Positions 12,481 to 25,361 are shown, counted from the first letter of the whole stretch. The stretch is 62,933 bases of DNA, filler included, from Octopus bimaculoides (GCF_001194135.2; 4 parts of 4 records of this genome joined end to end with filler, not necessarily neighbours in it), one strand, 5' to 3'. A program made the numbers and translations. The notes: generated by a model from the letters alone, not told the origin.

Positions 12481-12990
12481 GTAAATATGAAAATCCCGTG
12501 TCTTGACAAAATCATTAACGCGTCGGACAAAATGATCAGCAGTATTTCTTCTTTTTTTTTTACGTCCTGAGTTCAAATATGCCGAGGTCATCATTGCTCT
12601 TCACCATTTCGGGGTCGTGGATGAAATAAAGCACTATTCAAATACTGGTGTCGATGTAATCGACTTATATATCCCTCACGTTACACTTCCAAACTCCTGG
12701 CCATGTATGGGTATGTACATGGAAGATGTATCTGTGCGTCTTATAATTTTTAGAGAGCATATGTGTCATTTTAGTACGTTGTGGTATTTTTGTACAGGAA
12801 TACGGTGGTATGTGTGTATATACACTCAACATAAAACGAGCATAAAACGGGCTCCTTTCACTTTCCCTCAATCAAATCCTCTCACAGGCTTTTGATGGCC
12901 TGAGGCTGTAATAGATACCACGCTGTGGGTGTGAAATCGGATTCGCGTGGTTGAGAAGCAAACTTCTTACCACACAGTCACACCTGCGCC

Positions 12991-13197
12991 TGAGGGGTTG
13001 CCGTGAAGTTCCTGGCTTTAAGGCTTGGTTAGAGGCCCAAACCTCCGAGTTCTTTTGCAGGGCTTAAAAAAAGCTGAAGGACCGCTGCAATAAATGTTTG
13101 AATCTGAGAGGAGAATATGTTGAGTAAAATCATAATACACAGATCTTCCAGAATTTTCTTTTTTTCCTAAACCCAGGAACTTTTCAGCACGCCCTCA
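12991..13197 (+). mobile_element. Mariner-derived non-autonomous element (about 205 bp)
   Basis: Imperfect TIRs (TGAGGGGTTGCCGTGAAGTTCCTGG versus rc TGAGGGCGTGCTGAAAAGTTCCTGG). The interior encodes KKLKDRCNKCLNLRGEYVE*, the typical mariner transposase C-terminus. Homologous to 41164-41370. Confidence 0.7.
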
Positions 13198-13306
13198 TAT
13201 ACACACACACACATAGATAGATAGATAGAAAGATAGATAGATAGATAGATAGATACATACATACATACATACATACATACATACATACATACATGCAAAC
13301 ATACAC

Positions 13307-13348
<42 letters not shown>

Positions 13349-13380
13349 GGATACATACATACATACATACATACAAACAT

Positions 13381-13422
<42 letters not shown>

Positions 13423-13662
13423 TAGAGAGCGGTGCAGAATGTGTCGAAAAGAGTGGTATGATAAATAAAGTGTCCAGTATCTTCTATCTGCCGTATCATG
13501 TTTCTAATATTAAACCTAGAAAAATTTCATACAAGTCGGTTGTATGCGTAATAAAAGTCAATAGACTACATATTTTCATATATAAAAAGTGTATAGTATT
13601 TATACACAAAAGCCACCCTTTACAGGACGCCTCTTTTGTGTATAAATACTATACACTTTTAT

Positions 13663-13697
<35 letters not shown>

Positions 13698-14887
13698 CAT
13701 ATGTTTATATATATATATATATATNNNNNNNNNNNNNNNNNNNNNNNNNNNNNNNNNNNNNNNNNNNNNNNNNNNNNNNNNNNNNNNNNNNNNNNNNNNN
13801 NNNNNNNNNNNNNNNNNNNNNNNNNNNNNNNNNNNNNNNNNNNNNNNNNNNNNNNNNNNNNNNNNNNNNNNNNNNNNNNNNNNNNNNNNNNNNNNNNNNN
13901 NNNNNNNNNNNNNNNNNNNNNNNNNNNNNNNNNNNNNNNNNNNNNNNNNNNNNNNNNNNNNNNNNNNNNNNNNNNNNNNNNNNNNNNNNNNNNNNNNNNN
14001 NNNNNNNNNNNNNNNNNNNNNNNNNNNNNNNNNNNNNNNNNNNNNNNNNNNNNNNNNNNNNNNNNNNNNNNNNNNNNNNNNNNNNNNNNNNNNNNNNNNN
14101 NNNNNNNNNNNNNNNNNNNNNNNNNNNNNNNNNNNNNNNNNNNNNNNNNNNNNNNNNNNNNNNNNNNNNNNNNNNNNNNNNNNNNNNNNNNNNNNNNNNN
14201 ATATATATATATATATATACACACGTCACAGTTTCGAGCAGAATATCGAATGTTGCTATACATCACTGGTTACATCGCGCTTCGCATCGTTTGAGATTTC
14301 GAAAGATGCCACCCTGTTGGCCAGGTCTCCAAGCCAACATTCGCCTTCATAGTAAGGCTAGCCCATCGCAGGGCTGCCCAATAACATACATATATGCGTG
14401 TGTACTGCATTATACAGGTATACGCTTGCGTAACATGTCGAAATTGTTCTCGTGAGGTATACGTTAATGTGCTTGTATACATAAGATGTGTTATACTTAT
14501 GTATGTTTACCGCATTACATTACGTATGCGTATGTCTATCGAGTACGATGTATATGTTCTTGTGAGTGCGTTAGTGTGAGCATGTATGTGTATATTGTAT
14601 TAAACGCATACATTTAAGCACGCGCGCAAAATCTCATTAGCACATACACATTAGCCTAAGGACATACATATATGTGTATATGTATGTATACATACACAAA
14701 CACACACTCACACGCACATATACATACTTACAGACAGGCAAGCAGACAAACAAATATGCGTATATGTATGTATGTATAAATACACGAACACAAACACACA
14801 CTCACACAAATATACACACTTACAGGCAGGCAGACAAATATACATGGTGACATACATATCTACGTGTGTGGGTGTTATGTGCGCGCG

Positions 14888-14918
<31 letters not shown>

Positions 14919-15381
14919 GTTTATATAAGCACACACATAAACACACACACACACACACACACACACAAATATANNNNNNNNNNNNNNNNNNNNNNNNNNN
15001 NNNNNNNNNNNNNNNNNNNNNNNNNNNNNNNNNNNNNNNNNNNNNNNNNNNNNNNNNNNNNNNNNNNNNNNNNNNNNNNNNNNNNNNNNNNNNNNNNNNN
15101 NNNNNNNNNNNNNNNNNNNNNNNNNNNNNNNNNNNNNNNNNNNNNNNNNNNNNNNNNNNNNNTATATATATATATACATATATGTATGTATATAATATAC
15201 ATATATATAACATGATATTATAATTATATATTCATTTATAAACATGCTCACACATGGACATACTGATACACACAAATGTACGCCACACACACACACATAC
15301 ACACAAACGTACACCACACGCACACACACATATACACACACATATATATATCCACACAAACATTTATATATACACATATGT

Positions 15382-15436
<55 letters not shown>

Positions 15437-16523
15437 AAGATTTTGTTGGCCTCCTGAGGGATAAAAAAGAAATGTTAACATCAGCAAAATTTTGTCACTG
15501 AACGAAGACCAACTAAACTAATTACTTCTGATTTTTCCTTCAGTCCCTTAACAATTATCTCTAAGGCACAAGTGAATAATGTTGTGGTGGGTAAATCGAT
15601 AGTGTCGGTCCTCCAGTACTTGATTCGTACTCTGTTTTATTGATCTCCACCTCAAATCTTATGCGCTGCTCACGCAAGAAAGATGAGATTTCAATTCAGA
15701 ACATAATATTCTCATTCCGCTAAGGTCGACTTTACCTTTCATTCATTTGATGTCGATTAAATAACTAGCAGTCAATTTCTGGGATAAAGGGTACTAACTT
15801 ACCCCCACCTTAACATAAACCAGCTCGCCTTACGCTTAATTTTGAAACAATCCCTCAATCATAACATATATATATATTGTTTAACTTAGATAGGTTCTGG
15901 TAATTATTGGCACAAGCCATGACTAACTTAAAAACGTCACCAGGGGGAGTCTTTACTCATGTTTTAGGACATCCTTGCCCACTGATTCTCAGACATTTTT
16001 TGCCTATGGACCACTTTGATTCCTATTTTACTCAGACCCTCATAATCATTCGATATTAAAAAAAAAACTATTATATCTTTATAATCATATATTAAGAATT
16101 GTATTACTCTTTTACTATTTTACTTGTTTTAGTCATTTGACTGCGGCCATGCTGGAACACCGCCTTTAGTCGAGCAAATCGACCCCAGGACTTATTCTTT
16201 GGAAGCCTAGTACTTGTTCTATCGGTCTCTTTTGCGGTGGGTGCTATAGAGGGTGACTGCTTGCCATCAACCGCTGAATAATATCAGACAACCCAACATT
16301 AGTGGAATTTCGACTCAGAATGAATGTAAAGGGGCGTAACTAAAGCAGCAAGGAATTTTGAACCCCACTCTAACAATTGCCAATCAACTGAATTCACCGT
16401 TGACAAACAAATAGTGAAATAACAAGTCGTACAGTAGGCTAACCAGTTTACGTCGGGTGGCCTTTCTGCTATATACTGAAACAATACTACATGTGGATTT
16501 GCTGTCTGTGTACATACCAGATA

Positions 16524-16570
<47 letters not shown>

Positions 16571-16772
16571 ACATACACGCACACACAAACATGGGTATGT
16601 ATTTATGCATGTATATATATATATGTATATACGTATATACATTATATATATTTGCCTATATCTCTCTCTCTCTCAATCTCTCTCCCTCTCTCTCTCTCTA
16701 GATATATATATATATATACACATCTATGTATATACGTATGTATATGTGTGTGTTTGTGTATATATGTGTATA

Positions 16773-16804
<32 letters not shown>

Positions 16805-17007
16805 CATACATATACATATACATACATATACATACATATATATATGTATAAACAAATAGTAAATGAGTATATGCATATATACGTACAGGTATGTGCATAC
16901 CGACATCCACCTGTATGTATAGGTGCATATCTGNNNNNNNNNNTCTCTCTCTCAATCTCTCTCCCTCTCTCTCTCTCTAGATATATATATATATATACAC
17001 ATATATA

Positions 17008-17171
17008 CGGCAGGCTTCTTTCAGTTTCCGTCTACCAAATCCACTCACAAGGCTTTGGTCGGCCCGAGGCTATAGTAGAAGACACTTGCCCAAGGTGCCA
17101 CGCAGTGGGACTGAACCCAGAACCTTGTGGTTGGTAAGCAAGCTACTTACCACACAGCCACTCCTGCGTCT
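17008..17171 (-). mobile_element. SINE family B, 5' half; a matching 3' part lies at 16104-16237
   Basis: tRNA-like head followed by the CORE-like GGCACCTTGGGCAAGTGTCTTCT; same sequence family as 23530-24028. Confidence 0.8.
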
Positions 17172-17301
17172 ATATACATATATATACATACACACACAGA
17201 TGAGTGGACAAACGAAAGAAAAGGTATTGAACACATTTAGTTGGAGTTACATGTATATGTGTGAATAATTGCTCATATACACATATGCATGTATTTTATG
17301 T

Positions 17302-17354
<53 letters not shown>

Positions 17355-17384
17355 TAGGGAAGCTGAAAACTTCCTGGCTTTAAG

Positions 17385-17419
<35 letters not shown>

Positions 17420-17932
17420 ATATATATATATATATATATATTGTGTATGCATATATATGGCAAATGAAAGACGGAAGATGGAATATACGAGAATTTATTA
17501 TTAATCACAACGATTGTTTCGGTACATCCAGCATCGATTCCTCATGGGCAGAACACTCAACAACTAGTTCAGGAGCATCCGGTGCTGCAGATGTATCTCG
17601 TCGGGTGATAAATAAATACAGCTCATTAAAATAACTGTTCCGCAATGTAACTTCCCGTTTTGTAGAAAGAAAAAACCGCCAGACGGAGGGAATATTTTCA
17701 TTTGTATAGATGAAAAAATAAAATCACAAATGGCAAAAAGAGAAACGAACACGCAATTCAGCAAGTAGAAAACTCAGCAAGATCCCTCGATATGTTAAAA
17801 GAAGCAGCGAAATCTTCTTCCAATTTTACTTGTAATTTTGTAATGAAAAGTATACATTTCTATTATAGTCTGAGACACATGGTGTTAGGAAAAGACTGAA
17901 AGGCCTAGGGTAAAGCATCTTTCAGTATAGAT

Positions 17933-18239
17933 CAGTGACTCTCAACCATTTTTTGCCTATGGAACCCTTTGATTCCTATTTTACTCTACTGGATCTCCAT
18001 AGCCATTCGATGTGTGTATGTATATATATTTATGTAATTTTCACTTGTCTTACCCGCATATGCTTTGTTACTTCGCTAAATTTCCTTTGAGAACAATTCG
18101 GTCTTAGTAGACACATTACATGTGTTCTTCTTCTAGCGCATTAACAGTCCACTTAGTGGTCTCCTCTTTATATATACAGATACAATAATCTTTTAAATTG
18201 ATATTAATTAATATCCAATTTTTTACCCTAATGTTTTAA

Positions 18240-18278
<39 letters not shown>

Positions 18279-18806
18279 NNNNNNNNNNNNNNNNNNNNNN
18301 NNNNNNNNNNNNNNNNNNNNNNNNNNNNNNNNNNNNNNNNNNNNNNNNNNNNNNNNNNNNNNNNNNNNNNNNNNNNNNNNNNNNNNNNNNNNNNNNNNNN
18401 NNNNNNNNNNNNNNNNNNNNNNNNNNNNNNNNNNNNNNNNNNNNNNNNNNNNNNNNNNNNNNNNNNNNNNNNNNNNNNNNNNNNNNNNNNNNNNNNNNNN
18501 NNNNNNNNNNNNNNNNNNNNNNNNNNNNNNNNNNNNNNNNNNNNNNNNNNNNNNNNNNNNNNNNNNNNNNNNNNNNNNNNNNNNNNNATGTATATATATG
18601 TATGTATGTATTTATGTATGTATGTATATGTATATATAACCTGCTATATTTATATATCGAAAATATAAAACAATTAGGAATTAAAAAATTGTTAAGATAT
18701 TTTGTGTATTGTAGAAGTATAACAAATTTATTGCACATAAATTTTTAACAACAAAATCTTATATGAACCCCCAAAGGTTCATATGGACCTGGTTGAGAAC
18801 CATTCG
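17933..18806. mobile_element. hAT-type MITE interrupted by other sequence and a gap
   Basis: Termini CAGTGACTCTCAACCA / TGGTTGAGAACCATTCG. The 5' end recurs at about 15980-16060, and the 5' end plus most of the 3' body recur contiguously at about 31272-31490. Confidence 0.6.
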
Positions 18807-19230
18807 TACATATCTACTCGATGGTAACTAAATTAGGACGGAAACCCATTTATTTGCCGCATGTAGGTAGATTTAGTGTGCAGTTAGAATAGATTAAACA
18901 ATGGAAGAAATAACGAACAAAGTGAAGATAGAAACTGATTAAATAAAAATATTTTAAATAGAAACTATTATTATTTATACGGCTCTTCTCTTTGAAAGGC
19001 AAAAAAGGTATATTTTAGGCACGAGCAGTTACGTTTCTTCTGTGGATCACACGGTTGTTTTATTTGCAGAGAGCCTGTAGTGATGAAGAGGTGGAATATT
19101 GTTTGTCTTACCATGCTTCTCTGTATAGCTTCGTCATCATGGGAGACTAGGAAAGGGAGGCACTACTTCTGTCACTTTAGCACAGAATGTAGTCATACGC
19201 AACAACGATTAATAGCCATCACGTGTATAT

Positions 19231-19635
19231 GGTGCGTGGCTGGGTGATAAGAATCTTGCCTCCCAACCACACGGTTCCAGATTCAGTTCCACTGCGTGGC
19301 ACTTTTGGCAGGTGTCTTCTACTATATCCTCGGGCCGACCAAAGCCATGTGAGTGAATTTGGTAGACGGAAACCGAAAGAAGCNNNNNNNNNNNNNNNNN
19401 NNNNNNNNNNNNNNNNNNNNNNNNNNNNNNNNNNNNNNNNNNNNNNNNNNNNNNNNNNNNNNNNNNNNNNNNNNNNNNNNNNNNNNNNNNNNNNNNNNNN
19501 NNNNNNNNNNNNNNNNNNNNNNNNNNNNNNNNNNNNNNNNNNNNNNNNNNNNNNNNNNNNNNNNNNNNNNNNNNNNNNNNNNNNNNNNNNNNNNNNNNNT
19601 ATATATATATATATATATATACAGAGAGAGAGAGA

Positions 19636-19711
<76 letters not shown>

Positions 19712-19900
19712 TATGTGTGTGTGTGTGTGTTTGTGTGTCTGTGTTTGTTCCTCCCACCAGCGCTTGACAACCGATGTTGATGTGTTTACGTCCCCGTAAC
19801 TTAGCGGTACGGCAAAGCGACCGATAGGATAAGTACTAGGCTTACAAAGAATAAGTCCTGGGGTCGATTTGTTTGACTAGAGGCGATGCTTCAGCATCGA
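19231..19900 (+). mobile_element. SINE family B with internal (TA)/(GA)/(GATA)/(GT) microsatellite and an N gap
   Basis: Head and CORE-like block, then GGTAGACGGAAACCGAAAGAAGC, then the microsatellite, then the conserved 3' half GCTTGACAACCGATGTTG...AATAAGTCCTGGGGTCGATTTG. Confidence 0.85.
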
Positions 19901-20139
19901 GCAAAAGTATCAAAAAACGATTTATAAATACTTTATAAAGTGCAAAATGAGTGAGAATAAAGAAATAGATGTGTCAGCTTTCTAACAAAAAATAAAGATT
20001 GTCACAATATAATAATGGTGCAAAATGAGCAGCAGTCAAATTTTACCATATACTTTACAATAAATCTCATACTTGACGACCTAATATATATATCATATAT
20101 ATTTACATATATGTATATACACACACACACACACACACG

Positions 20140-20438
20140 TATGATGGTCTCCCCCGTTGAAGACGATGTATGAGCGTTCAGCTATTGCAGAACGACCTGC
20201 ACAAATGATTTGTTTATAGTGGTCAAATGTATGTGTCATACATTATTAGCTCACTCTCTCCATCAAATGAACGTTGTCTGAACTGGAGCATTGTGTGCCA
20301 CGCGTCGGGTGTCAAAGTGATCGCAGAACAACGTGAGATGAAGTATTTTGCTCAAGAACACAACACACCACGCGGTCTAGGAATTGAAACCACGGTCTCG
20401 CGATCATGAGTGGAACGCCCTAACCACTAGGCAACGTG

Positions 20439-20440
<2 letters not shown>
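20140..20440 (-). mobile_element. tRNA-derived SINE, family D
   Basis: Head GGCACGTTGCCTAGTGGTTAGGGCG with A box, B box GGTTTCAATTCC, then GTGTTCTTGAGCAAAATACTTCATCTCACGTTG. Related copies at about 4780-4975 (-), 49140-49290 (+) and 50010-50260 (+). Confidence 0.7.
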
Positions 20441-20482
<42 letters not shown>

Positions 20483-20694
20483 CTCTTTCATACACATTAT
20501 TCTCTCATATACATGCATACATACACACAAATATATGTATATGTGTGTGTGTGTGTGTTTTAGAGCAATAGACTTTTCGGTTATCAATATCTTTTCTTCG
20601 TAACTATCCGTGAGAAGATCGTCCGGTGAAATATTGAAATACACGTATGTTTATATATTCGTATATAAGCAGTTTAATAGATAGATAGATAGAC

Positions 20695-20729
<35 letters not shown>

Positions 20730-21239
20730 TAGACAGATAAACAGATAGATAGATAGATAAATAGATAGATAGATAGATATATAGATAGATAGATAAAAAT
20801 CGCAAATAACATGAGTTAGATGACATACTATGAGGCAGCAAACAAAGAAAAAGATATTATGTGACGTGAGATCATTGAAAGGACGTGTCTGAAAAGCGTA
20901 TAAATATAAAGCGAAAAATCCACAAAGAAGTGTTCAGTGAAACACACCAAAGGCAGAAATAAAGCCAATCTGATATTTTGGTTGAAACCCTTTATAAGTG
21001 ACAACAAAAAAATAGAAAAAGAATGGAGAGTTAATAGAAAGAGAAAAATGTACCAAACATGACGTTTTTCGTATGTTAATTCTCTGGCTGAATACACACG
21101 CGCGCGCGCACACACACACACACACACATACAGAGACAAGCACGGACACAGACACACATACACGCGCACATAAGCATTCATGTTGAAACGTCTGCAATTT
21201 GAGTTTAGAGAACATTACCTTACGGTTAGTGTGACAGGT

Positions 21240-21600
21240 AGTGGAGACGCAATGGCCCAGTGGTTAGGGCAGCGGACTCGCGGTCATAGGATTGCGGTTT
21301 CGATTCCCAGACCGGGCGTTGCGAGTGTTTATTGAGCGAAAACACGAGGCTCTGGCAGTACTCTTCCACCACAACTTTCTCTCACTCTTACTTCCTGCTT
21401 CTGTTGTGCCTGTAATTCAAAAGGTCAGCCTTGTCACACTGTGTCACTCTGAATATCCCAGAGAACTACGTTAAGGGTACACGTGTCTGTGGAGTGCTTA
21501 GCCACTTGCACGTTAATTTCACGAGCAGGCTGTTCCGTTGATCGGATCAATTGGAACCCTCGACGTCGTAAGCGACGGAGTACCAACAACACCAACAACA
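21240..21600 (+). mobile_element. tRNA-derived SINE, family C, full length with 12-bp target-site duplication
   Basis: A box TGGCCCAGTGG, B box GTTTCGATTCC, (CAA)n tail; TSD AGTGTGACAGGT at 21228-21239 and 21601-21612. Confidence 0.9.
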
Positions 21601-22188
21601 AGTGTGACAGGTTGATGCTGTATTGACTGAGAGCTATACTCATAGAAGAGGTGTAGTGTAAATTACACCATTGGAATAGTGAACAATTTCAATCTTCGTA
21701 TAAACGTCTTCCAACTCTGTCATCTGTTGTTCGTTATTTAACCTGTAGCCGACCTCCAGCATATCAAACTCATCCTGGCCTCATTAATATCTTTCATTGA
21801 GTTTCAAATGAACAAATTGAAGAGAAATATAAAATATAGGAAATATATTATGTAGTCTACCAGACAGCTTTAAAAACATCTTATAAGCTGTATTCCAAAT
21901 AATTTCATTGACTTTGATTTCAAGATCCATTAAATCTGTTACATTAAAGATATCAGTTCATCTGATAGATTTTTATTTTCTCTGAGCATAATTTTCCTAG
22001 GTATACCAAGTTTAATTTAACAGATCAAAGCATTTAATGTATCTAACTACTGCCATTTGCATGAACACCAAATGAGCTCTCAACGCCTAACATCAATAGC
22101 ATGCATACTGCATAAAAGTTTCTTGCATTCAAACTTATAGAACAAACTTCCAAATACAGAAAACAGAATTATCTCAATCGAGGTACGA

Positions 22189-22274
22189 GTCAAACTTTCG
22201 TAAGTCAAACTTTCGTAAGTCAAACTTTCGTAAGTCAAACTTTCGTATGTCAAACTTTCGTAAGTCAAACTTTC
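22189..22274. repeat. 15-bp minisatellite (GTCAAACTTTCGTAA) x about 5.7
   Basis: Five complete units (one with A>T) plus 11 bp; head to tail with no spacers. Confidence 0.95.
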
Positions 22275-22329
22275 AAAATTTGACAGTATAAATCCTTACG
22301 ATTGTCTCCTACAAAAGAAAAACTGCGAG

Positions 22330-22800
22330 TCAATAGTTGACACACTAGGCCACTTTTTGAGCCCACCTGTCGAAAACACATCCCTGATATCGTTAGGACT
22401 GTGTTCCAAACACTGGACTTTTTCTTTAGGGCCAAGGGATATTTCATCCCCTAAAAGTTGCTTACATGCTACAAAATTCAAATGAGACCCACAATAAAGT
22501 ACTACTCCTACATCTGCGACAGTGCTGCTACTACAGATACACACACTCTGGGTCGCATCTGCAGAGGGGCCGCTAGACTAATTGGTATTACATCATTAAC
22601 AGACACACTCCGACCTCTGACCAACATGCGTGCTGTTTCATCTCTGCCATTTTGTTGCTACTATAATGACCTCTGTTACTCGAATCTGGCTGGTCTCGTG
22701 CATGCAACACACAGACATCTCCGATTCACTCGTATTTCAGCCTCTAATCACTCTTGACGCGTCCGAGTCACTTGGAACTGCAGTAACCATTGTGTTCAGT
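22330..22800 (+). mobile_element. Decayed CR1/Jockey-group LINE, RT C-terminal region
   Basis: Translates as FFRAKGYFIP*KLLTCYKIQMRPTIKYYSYICDSAA...LGRICRGAARLI...LRPLTNMRAVSSL, matching the LYKAQVRPxMEYCSHIW...LDRIQRKAxRLI...LxHRRxVSSL pattern. Confidence 0.7.
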
Positions 22801-23151
22801 CTTTTCCTCTCAGAAAATTCTCCTGGAATCTTTTTTTTCTTTTCATGTCTTTCATGCATGTGCTGATCTGCACCAGTTAATCATTGCATCAATGGCATGA
22901 GGGTCACTCTTTTCGGAGGGGTAGCAAACATCATGGGCATCCTATATATTCAACAAGTAAACTAAAAATATGCTTGGCGAGCCAATTTGTTCATAAATGC
23001 ATTTAAGAAGGAAGAGAAAGACAAAAAACACGGACGAAAGAGATTAAGAAATAAATATGTTTTTATCTAAACTGATAGATAGATGGGGAGACGAGATGGA
23101 CAAAGACAAACAGACAGATAGATAGATTGAGAGGCAGACAGACACACACAC

Positions 23152-23210
<59 letters not shown>

Positions 23211-23529
23211 CACATACATACATAACATACATACATACAAAAACAGGCGGATCACAGAGAGATAGTTTCGTCCGTTTAATTAAAGTTGGTGTAATAAAAC
23301 TAGAAATTATTCTCAACGCAAATTAATTAAATTTATCGTTGAAATATATCTAACATGTGCAATATGCTTAATGTGTTTTTAGAGTAAAATCGATGAAATT
23401 ATTTACAATTTACAAGATGTTTTACAAAATGTCTGCTAGACTATATATTTCTTACAAGCTTTACCTATACTGAAATTGTTCTTTGCATTTGTGACTCAAT
23501 GAAAGCATCCAGAGGACAGAATCTTTCTT

Positions 23530-23795
23530 TTATCTTTCTTTTACATGATTCAGCAATTGAACTGCGGCTATGCTGGTGCACCGCCTTCGAAGGTATTAGT
23601 CGTGAAAATCGACCCCAGTACTGATTTTGTAAGTCTAGTACTTATTGTAACGTCGCTTTGCCAAACCGCTAAGTAACGGGGACGTAAACAAGCAACACCG
23701 GTTGCAAATTAGTGGTGGAGTACAAGGGACACAACACAAACATATACGCATAGTTACACACACACATGCACACACACGCACGCACACACACACAT

Positions 23796-23868
<73 letters not shown>

Positions 23869-24028
23869 GTGCTTCTTTCAGATTCCGTCGATCAAATCCA
23901 CTCACAAGATTTGGACGGCTCGGAGCTAGAGTAGAAGACACTTGTTCAAAGTGCTACTCAGTAGGACAGTACTTAACACTATACGGTTGGGAGGCAAGGC
24001 TTTTACTTACACAGCTACAGCTGCGCCT
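23530..24028 (-). mobile_element. SINE family B, full length, with internal (CA)n
   Basis: Head AGGCGCAGCTGTAGCTGTGTAAG, internal (TG)n and conserved 3' half. Other copies at about 12860-12990, 25418-25760, 26200-26390, 31985-32175, 33225-33385, 33700-33870, 34090-34210, 49360-49895 and 62530-62760. Confidence 0.85.
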
Positions 24029-24327
24029 GAATATCTAAGATAGTGATGGGGCTAGCCCAGACTTCTGCTACTTGGGAGCGGCACCTGAATGAATATATTA
24101 AAACAGATTTCTCCCAAACTAGCGTTCAGAGAGTCTGCAGATCGAATCTTGACATTTTCCTTGGGAAGAGTCAACTACGACATCCACAAAGAAAATTTTA
24201 TTTCATTCTCTTGGTGGAAGGTGTCATTGTTACCTTACCGCTAAGAAGCTGTTTAGATAGATTGTTCATGATTGTGATGAAAGCTGCCGTTAACTATGTC
24301 AAACTTTAGCCACTAAAATTGTTGATG

Positions 24328-24396
24328 TCAGTTCCAGAACTTTTCAAGATTTCCAAATTCGTTTAGAGCAAATCTCAAATCAAATACTGTAAAGTC
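24328..24396 (-). CDS. Candidate Sowah downstream exon: 9-nt microexon GACTTTACA (DFT, 24388-24396), or read-through terminal exon DFTVFDLRFALNEFGNLEKFWN*
   Basis: Acceptor ccatctccccAG, then GAC TTT ACA, then GTATTT. Phase 0 matches AKER|, and Sowah proteins continue with D-F-x after this segment. Confidence 0.4.
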   Translation of the reverse strand, partial: DFTVFDLRFALNEFGNLEKFWN

Positions 24397-25235
24397 CTGG
24401 GGAGATGGTCTTTCAGTTCTTATTATTCCACTTAGTATTCTAATGAGCTTTTATTTTTGTTACGCTAAGCTTCGTTTTGAAAATGAGCTTTCAAAATGTT
24501 TGTCACTGCATATTGCCCTATGCAACATTCCTTATTGGTTATTGGTTATTCCTCATCTTGGCGCTCATCACGAAGTTTTATGATCAAAGGTATCCCAACC
24601 ATGACAATCCTGCCAAAATTTCAGTCTACATTAGACTACATTAGTAAATGCATCATTCATTCTTTCTAAAACATTGGATACGATTAGAAAATTTGACCAA
24701 TTTCATTTCAATACATAAAGCGATTATATAAAGTACTCCCTTATGGACTTGAATATTTTGGGGGTATGTTTCAAATTCCGAAAAATCTATTATGGCAGAT
24801 TATCTTTGGTTTAAATATTTGAAGAATTCCTTTTGTTTATTTGTTTTGTTATGCTTACTTTTTATACGGGACATATAGTTTTCTAAACTATCTTGGCTAT
24901 CTTACTTGGCTCACAACGTATATTAGCCTTTCATTTACTCTTTCAATTTTTCTATATTGTTTACTACTATATTTTGTAATTAATCAATGTTTATTTAGCC
25001 ACACTTTTTCTTGTGTGATTATGAAAGCCCATAGGAAATCGTTTAACTCACTTACATTACTAATGTTATAATGTTGAACTTATCTTTGTACATCACTTTT
25101 AGTCTCGTATAATCTATATTATTGAAGTGGGGGAGTTTCTTTAAGAAGAAATTATTGATTACTTTTCAGCAAGTTACAGGTATGTTGATCACACAGCGTG
25201 TCTATTCGCATCTGTCATCAATATTTCTTATATTA

Positions 25236-25317
<82 letters not shown>

Positions 25318-25361
25318 NNNNNNNNNNNNNNNNNNNNNNNNNNNNNNNNNNNNNNNNNNNN

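Noticed and set aside
21240-21315. tRNA genes (also at 48652 and 20380-20440)
   Set aside because: These are SINE heads: they continue into SINE bodies with tails and TSDs, and lack a complete acceptor stem.
22189-22274. CRISPR-like repeat array
   Set aside because: No spacers, 15-bp unit, eukaryotic context.
24721-25179. Two small in-phase plus-strand exon candidates (RLYKVLPYGLEYFG + EEIIDYFSASYR)
   Set aside because: Weak acceptors, no recognisable homology and no supporting further exons.
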